Counted from the whole stretch's first letter, positions 38,864-48,357 are shown. The stretch: 61,024 bases of DNA, filler included, from an uncultured bacterium (GCA_964371695.1; 5 parts of 5 records of this genome joined end to end with filler, not necessarily neighbours in it), one strand, 5' to 3'. Notes: a model not told the origin generated them from the letters alone. Program-made: numbers and translations.

Positions 38864-40948
38864 TTGAATAAAAGCGCCCCCCAAGCGGTTTGTTTCAGCG
38901 ACGTGGCGAAAGAAAAAGACGAGGCCCGGCGCGAAGAACTCATCGGCACGCTCATCGCCCGCATGACGCTGGACGAAAAACTTTTTCAAATGGGCGGCGG
39001 CGGCTCACTTTCAGAGTTGCTGGATTACGGCTCCGCGCCTTTTCCCGCCGGGGGTTGCGAGCGGCTCGGCATTCCGCCCGTGCAGTTCTCGGACGGCCCC
39101 CGTGGCGTCATGCTGAATGCGTCCACATGTTTTCCCGTGACCATGGCGCGGGGGGCAACCTGGTGCCCGGAACTGGAGGAGCGCGTGGGGGCGGCCATGG
39201 GCGCGGAGGCGCGCGCGCAGGGGGCAAACCTGTCGGGCGCGGTGTGCATCAACCTGCTGCGCCACCCGGCCTGGGGTCGGGCGCAGGAGACCTATGGCGA
39301 AGACACGCACCTGCTCGGCGAGATGGGCGCGGCGCTTGTGCGCGGCGTCCAGCGCCACGTCATGGCCTGCGTGAAACACTTCGCCGCCAACAGCATTGAA
39401 AACGCGCGGTTCTGGGTGGACGTGTCCATGGACGATCGCACGCTGCACGAGGTGTACCTGCCGCATTTCAAAAAATGTGTCGAGGCGGGCGCGGCCTCCG
39501 TCATGGGGGCGTACAACCGGCTCAACGGCCCCCACTGCTGCCACAGCCATCACCTGCTCACGGACATCCTCAAAACGAAATGGGGCTTCCGGGGTTTTGT
39601 GATTTCGGACTGGACGTTTGCCCTGCGGGGCAGTGACTCTGCGGCGGCGGGGCTGGATATTGAAATGCCCAACGCCGTTTTTCACGGCCTGCCGCTCAAG
39701 GTTCTGGTGCAGCTCCATCGTGTGCCCGAATCGGTGGTGGATGACGCCGTGCGCCGCATCATTCGCCAGCACGCACGTTTTCACGGAATCGGGAAGGAGC
39801 GTTCCTTTTACAAAAACAAAGTCGGCTGCAAGGAACACCACAAGCTCGCCCTTGAGGTTGCCCAAAAAAGCATGGTGCTGTTGAAAAACGACGGCGGCCT
39901 GCTGCCGTTGGACTCGCAAAAAATCAGGCGCAGCGCCGTCATCGGCAAACTGGCCGACACCGAAAATATTGGCGACCGCGGCAGCAGCACCGTCAAGCCG
40001 CCCCATGTCATCACACCGCTGGCGGGCATCCGCAGCGCCGCCGGAAAAACCACCGAAGTGATTTATGAAAGCAGCCCGGACCCCGCCAAAGTCGCGCGCG
40101 CCGCACGGGGCACGGACGTGGTCATTGTGGTGGCGGGCCTCACCCACGAGCAGGAGGGCGAGTTCATTCCGCTCATCACAAAAGGCGGCGACCGCGACCA
40201 CCTGGGCCTGGACAAAAAACAGCAGGCCATGATTCAGGCGGCGGCCAGGGCAAACAAAAACTGCGTGGTGGTGCTTGAGGGCGGCAGCGCCATCACCATG
40301 GAGCCGTGGGTAGAGGACGTGGCCGCGATTCTCATGGCGTGGTATCCGGGCATGGAAGGCGGCCACGCGCTGGCGGACATTCTTTTTGGCAAGGTGAACC
40401 CCAGCGGCAAACTGCCCCTCACCATTCCAAGGTCCGAAGCCCAGCTCGTGCCGTTCAACAAATGGGCGCGGCGCATCCGATACGGTTACTTCCACGGCTA
40501 CACCCACATGCAAAAAGAAAAACTGGCGCCGCGGTTCCCATTCGGTTTTGGTTTGAGTTATACAAACTATGTTTATGACCACCTGCAAATCAGTCCGACG
40601 CGAGCGGACGCATCAGGGAATGTTACCGTGACCGCCGAAATCACCAACACGGGCAAAATGGCTGGTGAAGAAATCGCCCAGCTTTATGTTGGTTTTCCCG
40701 ATTCCAAAGTGGAGCGGCCCCAGCGTGCGCTCAAGGGATTCAAACGGATAACCCTCAAACCCGGCGAGACAAAACCGGTGGTCTTTGAGATTGCCGCCCG
40801 CGACCTGGCTTGTTACGACACCGAAACGGAAGACTGGGTTGTGGAGCCGGGGAAATATCTGGTTTATGTGGGCGCGTCCTCACGATTGGAAGACCTTCCC
40901 CTCACGGGCAGTTTTGTAATGAAGGGCCATTCGCACCAACCCGGTTGA
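38864..40948 (+). CDS. Glycoside hydrolase family 3 beta-glucosidase
   Basis: MTLDEK, DGPRG, GRAQETYGED, VKHF, ISDW nucleophile, PSGKLP, FPFGFGLSYT, Fn3-like C-terminus. Confidence 0.95.
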   Translation: MNKSAPQAVCFSDVAKEKDEARREELIGTLIARMTLDEKLFQMGGGGSLSELLDYGSAPFPAGGCERLGIPPVQFSDGPRGVMLNASTCFPVTMARGATWCPELEERVGAAMGAEARAQGANLSGAVCINLLRHPAWGRAQETYGEDTHLLGEMGAALVRGVQRHVMACVKHFAANSIENARFWVDVSMDDRTLHEVYLPHFKKCVEAGAASVMGAYNRLNGPHCCHSHHLLTDILKTKWGFRGFVISDWTFALRGSDSAAAGLDIEMPNAVFHGLPLKVLVQLHRVPESVVDDAVRRIIRQHARFHGIGKERSFYKNKVGCKEHHKLALEVAQKSMVLLKNDGGLLPLDSQKIRRSAVIGKLADTENIGDRGSSTVKPPHVITPLAGIRSAAGKTTEVIYESSPDPAKVARAARGTDVVIVVAGLTHEQEGEFIPLITKGGDRDHLGLDKKQQAMIQAAARANKNCVVVLEGGSAITMEPWVEDVAAILMAWYPGMEGGHALADILFGKVNPSGKLPLTIPRSEAQLVPFNKWARRIRYGYFHGYTHMQKEKLAPRFPFGFGLSYTNYVYDHLQISPTRADASGNVTVTAEITNTGKMAGEEIAQLYVGFPDSKVERPQRALKGFKRITLKPGETKPVVFEIAARDLACYDTETEDWVVEPGKYLVYVGASSRLEDLPLTGSFVMKGHSHQPG

Positions 40949-41004
40949 CTTCGCACACCCCCCTTTCCCTTCGTCGCCACACCCAGTAAATCAACAATCC
41001 CCTC

Positions 41005-41796
41005 TCAGCCCTTCACCGGGTTTTCCAGTTCGCCCACACCCTCAATGCTCACGCGCACCACGTCGCCCGCCACCAGCGGCCCCACGCCCTGATAGGTGCC
41101 GGTGAGGATCACGTCCCCCGGCTCCAGCGTCATCACGGCGGTGATGGCGGCGATGATTTCGGGGATGCCGAAGATCATCTGGCTGGTGCTGGCGTTTTGC
41201 TTCACCTGACCGTTCACAGTGGTGACAAGCTGCCGGGGCTGCGTGATGGATCCCGGCACAATCCACGGGCCGAGGGGGCAGAAGGTGTCGAAGCTCTTGC
41301 CCCGCGTGAACTGGCCGTCTTTCATCTGGATGTCGCGGGCGGTCACGTCGTTGGCGCAGGTGAGGCCCCGCACCACACACTGGGCGTCTTCGGCCTTTAC
41401 ATTGCGGCAGCGCTCGCCCATCACCACCGCCAGTTCCCCTTCAAAATCCACCCGCGCGCTTTGGGGCGGCAGCACAATGGGCGCGCCGGGGCCGGTGACG
41501 GCGGAGATCATCTTGGCGAACATGAGCGGCTCACCCGGCAGGGGGGATTTCATTTCTTCGGCGTGCAGGCGGTCGTTCAGGCCGATGGCCACGATTTTGC
41601 CGGGGGCCACGGGGCTGAGCACCTGGGTCACGTCGCCCGTCTCCAGCACCAGCGGCCTGCCCCCCGGCCCCTTGCCCAGCGCGCACAATGCGCCGCCCAT
41701 CACGCTGGCCTCGGCCACGTCGCCCGTGCTCAGGCGCAGGCGCAGAAAAGCGCCTTCGGGCGGCGCGCCCAGCAGGCCCGGCAACAGCGCGCCCAT
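41005..41796 (-). CDS. Fumarylacetoacetate hydrolase family protein
   Basis: GLN..H..E, DFEGEL, NDVTARD, KSFDTFCPLGP, PGDVILTGT. Confidence 0.93.
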   Translation of the reverse strand: MGALLPGLLGAPPEGAFLRLRLSTGDVAEASVMGGALCALGKGPGGRPLVLETGDVTQVLSPVAPGKIVAIGLNDRLHAEEMKSPLPGEPLMFAKMISAVTGPGAPIVLPPQSARVDFEGELAVVMGERCRNVKAEDAQCVVRGLTCANDVTARDIQMKDGQFTRGKSFDTFCPLGPWIVPGSITQPRQLVTTVNGQVKQNASTSQMIFGIPEIIAAITAVMTLEPGDVILTGTYQGVGPLVAGDVVRVSIEGVGELENPVKG

Positions 41797-42617
41797 CACT
41801 TGCCCTTCCACACCGGCGGGCGTTTTTGAAAGAAAGCCATGATGCCCTCTTTGGCGTCTTCGGTGGCGATGGTTTTTTGCAGCATGTCGAACAGATAGGG
41901 AATGGCGTCGGCAAAAGCCATGTGGTCCTGATGCTGAAAAGCCTCCAGCCCCAGGCGGATGGACGTGGGGCACAGGGCGGCGATTTCCTGCGCCAGGGCC
42001 TGGCCGCGCTGCTCCAGCTCGGCGGCGGGCACGGCCTCGTTGATCAGCCCCAGGCGGGCGGCCTCGGCGGCGCTCATTTTGTAACCCCGCAGAATGAAAT
42101 CCAGCGCGGCGCGTTTGGGCATCACGCGGAACAGGCTGGCCATCACCATGTGGGGCCACAGGCCGCGCTTGATCTCAGGCGCGCTGAAGGTGGCCTGCTC
42201 GGCGGCCAGCACGTGGGTGCTGTTGCCCACCAGCATCAGCGCGCCCGCCAGCACGTCTCCCTGGGCCAGGGTGATGACGGGTTTGTGGCAGCCGGTCATG
42301 CGCAGGTTGATCTCATGCAGTTCGCCGCGTTTGGGCACGGTGCTGGTGATGGGTTCGCCCTTGCCGGACATGGCCGCGAGGTCGGCCCCGGCGCAGAACA
42401 CGTCGCCCTCGGCGCGCAGCAGCACCACGCGGATGTCCGGGTCCAGGCCCGCTGCTTCAAAGGCATAAATCAGCTCGCTGGCCATCACGGGGTGTATGGC
42501 GTTTTTCTTTTCGGGCCGGGCCAGCGTGAGGGTGAGGACGTGGTCGCGCAGGTCCACTTTCAGGAACTGGAAAATGAGACCATCGAAGCTGAGTTTTTCG
42601 GTTGGGGTTTGTGACAT
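41796..42617 (-). CDS. Enoyl-CoA hydratase/isomerase family protein
   Basis: RPEKKNA, FCAGADL, PEIKRGL, EGIMAFFQKRPPVW. Confidence 0.92.
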   Translation of the reverse strand: MSQTPTEKLSFDGLIFQFLKVDLRDHVLTLTLARPEKKNAIHPVMASELIYAFEAAGLDPDIRVVLLRAEGDVFCAGADLAAMSGKGEPITSTVPKRGELHEINLRMTGCHKPVITLAQGDVLAGALMLVGNSTHVLAAEQATFSAPEIKRGLWPHMVMASLFRVMPKRAALDFILRGYKMSAAEAARLGLINEAVPAAELEQRGQALAQEIAALCPTSIRLGLEAFQHQDHMAFADAIPYLFDMLQKTIATEDAKEGIMAFFQKRPPVWKGK

Positions 42618-42657
42618 GGGGCCTCCTGGGGTTGAGATTGTAAGGTGCCGACCGCCA

Positions 42658-42747
42658 CCGTTCAGGAAGAACGGCAAGGCCAAACCCGCTTTGAGCCTTC
42701 ACGCTGTTTTGAATGTTTATTGGTACAAAAACTTTAAAAACAGGTTC
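42658..42747 (+). mobile_element. Truncated MITE relative with CAGGAAG-loop hairpin
   Basis: Ends AAAAACAGGTTC|TCA. Similar to 49147-49250. Confidence 0.55.
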
Positions 42748-43215
42748 TCAGTGGTCCTTCCTGGCCCAGTCGTAGGGAATGGGGTTCTGGAAGGGGTCCA
42801 TGCGTTCGCTGCGGTTGGGGTCGTGGGGGTGGGTGCAGCAGTTGGCCACGATGGCCTCGGCTGTGCCAATGCCCTTGAAGCCATTCCACACCATGGGGGG
42901 AATCTGAACCAGTCGGGCATTGTGGTCGCCAATGAACAGCTCCAACAGATTGCCCCGCGTGCTGCTCTGTGGGCGGTCATCGAACAACACCAGCTTGATG
43001 CGCCCGGTGACCACGCTGTAGTTCAGCGTCATGTCGCGGTGGCGGTGCCAGCCCTTGACCACGCCGGGATAAACCGAGCTGAAATAGATTTCGCCAAAAC
43101 CCAGAAAGTGCGGGTCGGTGCTTTTGAGCATGTGAAAAATGGTGCCGCGTTCGTCTGGAATGCGCAGCAGGGGCACCACGTTGACACCTTCAATCATGAC
43201 CGAGGACATGGCCAT
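42748..43215 (-). CDS. RmlC-like cupin (dTDP-4-dehydrorhamnose 3,5-epimerase family)
   Basis: IEGV..DERG, PGVVKGWHRH, D.R..SST, IPP.VWNGF. Confidence 0.88.
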   Translation of the reverse strand: MAMSSVMIEGVNVVPLLRIPDERGTIFHMLKSTDPHFLGFGEIYFSSVYPGVVKGWHRHRDMTLNYSVVTGRIKLVLFDDRPQSSTRGNLLELFIGDHNARLVQIPPMVWNGFKGIGTAEAIVANCCTHPHDPNRSERMDPFQNPIPYDWARKDH

Positions 43216-43355
43216 AACATATCACGGCGGGAGTGAAAAGGCGGTTGGAAGCTGGAAGCTGGAAGCCGGAAAAAGAAAAGCCCCATCGTTCCCTCTCCCA
43301 TGCAAAGCACAGGAGGGGGAACAATTTCGGCGTGCATAAATTTCTTCAAAATGAA

Positions 43356-44714
43356 CTAATACCGCTGCACCAGACCCAGGCTGAAGCGGTCATCGCCCAC
43401 CATGTCTTCCATGCCCGCCTGCAAAAACAGTTTGTCGCTGATTTTGCGCGAGCCGCGCAGGTTGACCCGCAGGTTGTTCGGGTCCACCAGTTCCAGCCGG
43501 TAAATCTGTTCCGGGCTGCGTTCAAACTCCAGCCCCAGCCCCAGCTTGCCGCCCTTCAGGCCGCCGCTCACCCAGGTGTCAGGCCGGGCCTGAAAACCCA
43601 GCATCAGGTTGGTGCTGCTGGCTTCGCCCACGTCGTTCAGGCCGATGTCGTAATACAGCTCGCTGCCCTTGGGGGCCAGCCGCAGGTTCATGTCGCTCTG
43701 AATCTTGTCCAGGCTGGTTTCATAACGCATTTCAAAGGTGGGTTTGACCTCCAGCTTGTTCACCGCCTCAATCAGGCCGGTGAATGAATCGATGGCGTCC
43801 TGGGCGTCGTCCATGGTGGTGTTGGCGGTGGCCATCACGGTGCGGGCGTCTTTCACCGCGCCCTTGATGTCTCCCTGCAGTTCTTCGTCCTGCACCAGAT
43901 TGCCCAGGCTCTGGACTGATTCGCGGATGGTGGCGGTGCTGGCCTTGAGGTCCTGCATCATGGTTTTCAGGGTCTGTTCCAGTTCCGGGTCGGTCATGAT
44001 CTTGCTGGCCTGGGCGGTGGTGTTCTTGGCGTCTTTCAGAATGTCCTCCATGGTGTCGGCCATGGCGTCGGCCTTGCCCGCCAGACTTTCCACGTGGGTC
44101 ATGGTGCCCGCCACGTTGCCCCGGCTGTTTTCGATGATGCCCCGCACCGTGGCTGCGGTCAGGCGCAGTTCGGCTCCTACTTCGGTGAACTGCTCCAGCA
44201 TGCGCGGCACGCTGCCCTGCAGGTTGGCGTCGGCCACCACGCCACGCACGTCCTTGAGCAGGGCGTTGATGCTGAGCATGGCGTTGTTGGCCTGAATGAG
44301 CAGGTCGTTGATCTGCGGATCGGTCTCGCGCACCACAATCACCTGACCCTCTTTATAAACCCGCCCGCCGGGGTGCGTGGGGGGCACCACCTCCACCACT
44401 TTCTGCCCCAGCAGGTTGTCCAGCGCCACGCGAAAATGCGAGCCTTTGTAAACCTTCACGTTCTTGTTGATGCGCATGATGAACACGGCGCGGTTGCGGG
44501 CGTCCAGTTCGGTGGCTTCTACATGGCCTATGGCGATGCCGCTCATGCGCAGCGAGGTGCCCGGCACAATGCCCTGGGCGTTGGCCACCACCACTTTCAG
44601 TTCATACCCCTCCTGCTTGCGCCGGGGGTCGTTGAGAAAACGCCACAATCCCACCGCCATCATGATGGCCACCACCAGGAACACACCCACCTTGAATGCT
44701 GATTCGACTCTCAT
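43356..44714 (-). CDS. mlaD: MlaD/MCE protein with long helical stalk and beta-rich C-terminus
   Basis: KVGVF TM, AQGIVPGTSLRMSGIAIG MCE domain, LLG motif, helical region, alternating beta strands ending in Tyr. Confidence 0.85.
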   Translation of the reverse strand: MRVESAFKVGVFLVVAIMMAVGLWRFLNDPRRKQEGYELKVVVANAQGIVPGTSLRMSGIAIGHVEATELDARNRAVFIMRINKNVKVYKGSHFRVALDNLLGQKVVEVVPPTHPGGRVYKEGQVIVVRETDPQINDLLIQANNAMLSINALLKDVRGVVADANLQGSVPRMLEQFTEVGAELRLTAATVRGIIENSRGNVAGTMTHVESLAGKADAMADTMEDILKDAKNTTAQASKIMTDPELEQTLKTMMQDLKASTATIRESVQSLGNLVQDEELQGDIKGAVKDARTVMATANTTMDDAQDAIDSFTGLIEAVNKLEVKPTFEMRYETSLDKIQSDMNLRLAPKGSELYYDIGLNDVGEASSTNLMLGFQARPDTWVSGGLKGGKLGLGLEFERSPEQIYRLELVDPNNLRVNLRGSRKISDKLFLQAGMEDMVGDDRFSLGLVQRY

Positions 44715-44780
44715 GGCTTTGTGTTTACTCTCCGGTAATGCGCGCCCGGCTTTGACAAACCCGGCAAAACAAAAGCGTGT

Positions 44781-45509
44781 TCAGCCGGTGAACGCCTCGA
44801 CAAATTCACGCACCGTGGGGTCGGGCGAAGCGGCGAAAGCCGTGTAGGAGTCAAACACCAGGGCCACGCCGCCATGCAGGAATGTTACCTGATCGGCGAT
44901 GCGACTGACACTTTTCAGGTCGTGGCTCACCACCACGCTGGTTACGTCAAACTGGTCGCGGGTGCGCAGGATCATTTCGTCAATGTGTTTGGTCATGATG
45001 GGGTCCAGGCCCGTGGTGGGTTCGTCATAGAGCAGCACCGAGGGCTCCAGCACCAGGGCGCGGGCCAGTCCCACGCGTTTTTTCATGCCGCCGGAAAGCT
45101 CGCCGGGCATTTTGTGGCGGTCCTGGGCCAGTTCCAGTTCGTCCAGCAGCGCGTGTACCTTGCGGTCTTTTTCGCGGCGGCCCAGGCGGCCGTGGTGGTG
45201 CAGCGGAAAACGGATGTTTTCCTCTACCGTCATGCTGTCGAACAGGGCGGCGTGCTGAAACACCATGCCGATGTTGCGGCGGATGGGCCTGAGCGCCCGC
45301 TCGTTCAGGCCAGTGATGTCCGTGCCCCCCACCCGCACCACGCCCCGCTGGGGGCGAATGAAACGGATGAGGGTTTTGAGCAGGGTGCTTTTGCCGCCGC
45401 CCGACGGCCCCACAATCACCGCCACCTGACCCTTTTCCACGCGGCCGTTCACCCCCCGCAGCACCGGGCTGCCATTGAAGGTTACGTGCAGGTCTTCGAT
45501 CTCAATCAC
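44781..45509 (-). CDS. mlaF: MlaF-type ABC ATPase
   Basis: GPSGGGKST, FQHAALFDSM, ELSGGMKKRVGLARA, LYDEPTTGLDPI. Confidence 0.9.
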   Translation of the reverse strand: MIEIEDLHVTFNGSPVLRGVNGRVEKGQVAVIVGPSGGGKSTLLKTLIRFIRPQRGVVRVGGTDITGLNERALRPIRRNIGMVFQHAALFDSMTVEENIRFPLHHHGRLGRREKDRKVHALLDELELAQDRHKMPGELSGGMKKRVGLARALVLEPSVLLYDEPTTGLDPIMTKHIDEMILRTRDQFDVTSVVVSHDLKSVSRIADQVTFLHGGVALVFDSYTAFAASPDPTVREFVEAFTG

Positions 45510-45711
45510 GCAGGGGTATTGTAGGGGCAGAGCGAAGGCAGGCGGCTGGAGGTTGGTGAAAGAAAAAGGCAGTATCGTCCCTGATGTCATTCCCGCTTCC
45601 TCCTGTTCCCTCTCCCCTTTGGGGAGAGGGAACGATGGGGGCCTTTTCTTTTTTCACCTTCCAGCCTCCGACTTCCATCTTCTTCTTTCCCGCCTGTGAT
45701 ATAAGTTCACC

Positions 45712-46959
45712 ATGTCCGGCCCTTTTGTGTTCAACCCGTCGCTGGTGGCGTCCTCGCACCTTATCGAGGCCACCTATCACTTTTATGGCGCAGACCCCGC
45801 CCAGGCCATGGCCCGCGCCCAGAAACTGGCGGGGGGCCAGAGCACCGAGGCGTGGTCGCCCGTGCTGGCGGGGCAAGAAGAGAATCTGGCCCGCCACCGG
45901 GCCACGGTGCTGCACGCCGGGCCTTTGCCGGGCGAGGAGAACGCCATCACCTTCACCGTGGGTTTTCCCGCGCTCAACACCGAGGGCGACGTGGCCACGC
46001 TGCTCACCATGGTGTTTGGCAAACCCAGCCTGGATGGTCGCCTGCGGCTGGTGCATGTTGCCCTGCCGCCCGACGTGCTGCGCCTGCTGCCGGGGCCGCG
46101 GTTTGGCATCGAGGGCCTGCGGGCACGCCTGGGTGTGGCGGCGCGGCCGCTCAGCATGGCCATTTTCAAACCGGGCATCGGCCTTGCGCCCGCCGAGTTT
46201 GCCCAGGTTTATGCCGATGTCGCCGCCCAGGGTCTGGACCTCATCAAGGACGACGAAATCCACCCCGATCTGGTCACCTGCCCCACGGTGGAGCGGGTGC
46301 GGGCCATCGCCGAACAGGCCCGGCGGCACGAGGCCGAAACCGGCCGCCGCTGCCTGCACGTGGTGAACCTCACGGGCCGGACCGATCAACTGGTGGAAAA
46401 AGCCCGGCGGCTGTGCGCCGAGGGGGCGCGGGCGCTTTTGCTCAACGTGCTGGTTTATGGCTTTGGCGCGCTGGAGGCCCTGGCCCGCGACGGCGACGTG
46501 AACTGCCCCGTCTTTGCCCATCCAGCCCTGTCGGGGGCCATGATTCAGAGTCCCCATTACGGCCTGAGCGCCAACCTGCTGCTGGGTACGCTGATGCGCG
46601 TGACGGGGGCCGACGCGGTGCTGTTTCCGGCGGGCAGCCACACGCTGCCCATGCCCGCCGCCGAGGCGCCCCTCATCCGCGACCGCCTCACGCAGGAGGC
46701 CCCCCTGCTGGCGTCCTTTCCCGTGCCCAGCGCCGGTGTGCATCCGGGTATGGCCCCCCGGCTTTACCGCGAGTTCGGCCCCCATGTCATCATGAACGCG
46801 GGGGGCGGCGTGTTTGGTCACCCGATGGGTCCGGCGGCGGGGGCCAAGGCTCTGGCGACGGCGGTGGCGGCGGTGCATCGGGGCGAGGACCTGGCCCAGG
46901 TGGCCGGGGAAGAACCGGCGCTCAAGGCCGCGCTGGACGCCTGGGGGCTGGAGCCATGA
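45712..46959 (+). CDS. mtnW: RuBisCO-like protein (form IV, YkrW/MtnW-type DK-MTP-1-P enolase)
   Basis: FGKxSLDG, GPRFGIEG, IFK, DLIKDDE, AHPA, PSAGVHPG, NAGGGVFGHP. Confidence 0.85.
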   Translation: MSGPFVFNPSLVASSHLIEATYHFYGADPAQAMARAQKLAGGQSTEAWSPVLAGQEENLARHRATVLHAGPLPGEENAITFTVGFPALNTEGDVATLLTMVFGKPSLDGRLRLVHVALPPDVLRLLPGPRFGIEGLRARLGVAARPLSMAIFKPGIGLAPAEFAQVYADVAAQGLDLIKDDEIHPDLVTCPTVERVRAIAEQARRHEAETGRRCLHVVNLTGRTDQLVEKARRLCAEGARALLLNVLVYGFGALEALARDGDVNCPVFAHPALSGAMIQSPHYGLSANLLLGTLMRVTGADAVLFPAGSHTLPMPAAEAPLIRDRLTQEAPLLASFPVPSAGVHPGMAPRLYREFGPHVIMNAGGGVFGHPMGPAAGAKALATAVAAVHRGEDLAQVAGEEPALKAALDAWGLEP

Positions 46960-46982
46960 AGCGCATTGCTGTCAGGTTCTCT

Positions 46983-47179
46983 GTAGCCCCGGCGCTATCG
47001 CCTTCTCGCGGCTGGATGCCCCAATGGGCATCCAGAGAGACTCCGCTCAAACTCCGCCGGGAGAACAAAAACCGCCGCAGGCGGCACAAAACAAATGTTT
47101 TTCGGGGAAACAGGGCAAAAAAATTGCTTGGTGCGCGCCTCTGGCGCGGCCAATACTCCCGGCGAGACGCCGGGGCTAC
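46983..47179. mobile_element. GTAG-REP doublet (REPIN/MITE-like), copy 2
   Basis: Same terminal IR and 60-bp arm as 4709-4905, with the core in reverse orientation. Confidence 0.8.
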
Positions 47180-47234
47180 GTTAAACCCCCCCTGTAATTC
47201 CTCAGCTTTTTTCATAAATCTGACAGCAATGGGC

Positions 47235-48266
47235 ATGAAGCAGCGATTTTTCATCAGCGCGGCCACGGTGTTTTTGATGAGCCTGTGTTTTTCTTTCCAA
47301 AGAGCCGGTGCGCGCTCGGCCCTCACGGCCTGTCCGGCGGGTCAGATGCTGGTGGGTGTGTCGCGCCTGGGAAAGGGGGGCCGGTGCGTGCCGCCACCTC
47401 TGGCAATGGGCGGCAAGGTCACGTTTCTCAGCGCCAACATCGGCAACGTGGATGTCATCAACTGCGGCGGCCTCTACGTCTACAAGTTGTGCCGGGTTTC
47501 GGTGGAAGAAGCGCTCACCCGCAATCTGGCCGCGCTCAGTCCCGACGTGGTGCTGTTGCAGGAAGTGCTGCAAACCCGCCAGTGCCGCACCCCCGCCGGG
47601 GCCAGGCCGGGCACGGTGTGCCACCCCTCGGCGGGGGCGGACCAGACCGCGCCAGACCAGATCACCCGCCTGCTGGGGCAAGCCTATGACCACCGCTGCG
47701 CCGAGGGTTTTTATGAATGCGTGGGTCTGAAAAAATCGGGCGGCTGGGCCTTTGCGGGGCCGCTGGTGGCGGTGCCGCCCCCGGCGGGATGCGACAGCGG
47801 CTTCAGCTTTTCTTATGTGGACGCCACCGGCCCCCTGGGGCCGGTGCGTCTGGTGAACGGCCACCCCGACAGCGCCAGCCCCGCCTGCCGTCGGGCGCAT
47901 CTGCAAGCCGTGTTCGAGGGGGCGGCGAAAGAAGCCCGTCAAGTGCTGGTGGCGGGGGACATGAACCTGGACCCCTTTCACGCCGTGGACCAGAAAAACG
48001 GCCAACCCGGTCAGGACGACGAAAGCGAAGCTTACTGGAACGCCATGGCGGGGGCGGGCAAGGGGTTTGTGTATCTGAGCGAGGACGGAGCGCCGCCCCT
48101 GGTGTGGACCAACAGCACGGGGGTGCTGGACCACGTGTTGAGCAAGCGGGGTGGCCCCACGGGGGGCTGCCTGACGCTGGACAGCGCGCAGGCCCCGCTG
48201 CTGGACGGCGGCCAGGGGGGCCTGGACCACCACGCCCTGTGGTGCGGCCTGGGGCGGGGGGAATAA
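47235..48266 (+). CDS. Secreted endonuclease/exonuclease/phosphatase family protein, Cys-rich
   Basis: SANIG, PDVVLLQEV, NGHP, AGDMN, LDHV, DH motifs and a signal peptide. Confidence 0.8.
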   Translation: MKQRFFISAATVFLMSLCFSFQRAGARSALTACPAGQMLVGVSRLGKGGRCVPPPLAMGGKVTFLSANIGNVDVINCGGLYVYKLCRVSVEEALTRNLAALSPDVVLLQEVLQTRQCRTPAGARPGTVCHPSAGADQTAPDQITRLLGQAYDHRCAEGFYECVGLKKSGGWAFAGPLVAVPPPAGCDSGFSFSYVDATGPLGPVRLVNGHPDSASPACRRAHLQAVFEGAAKEARQVLVAGDMNLDPFHAVDQKNGQPGQDDESEAYWNAMAGAGKGFVYLSEDGAPPLVWTNSTGVLDHVLSKRGGPTGGCLTLDSAQAPLLDGGQGGLDHHALWCGLGRGE

Positions 48267-48357
48267 ACAACCCTTTGGGTTAAGCAGAGCCTGTGGCGCA
48301 AAAAGCCGTCCAGGGCGTCAATTTCAAGGACATTTCACCACAGAAAGCGCCTGATTT

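Noticed and set aside
45712-46959. RuBisCO as evidence of carbon fixation
   Set aside because: The motifs indicate a form IV RLP, and there is no small subunit or phosphoribulokinase nearby.
45852-48266. 804-aa ORF joining the RLP region, the repeat and the EEP gene
   Set aside because: The upstream part is an alternative frame of the RLP gene. The EEP protein has its own signal peptide at about 47235.
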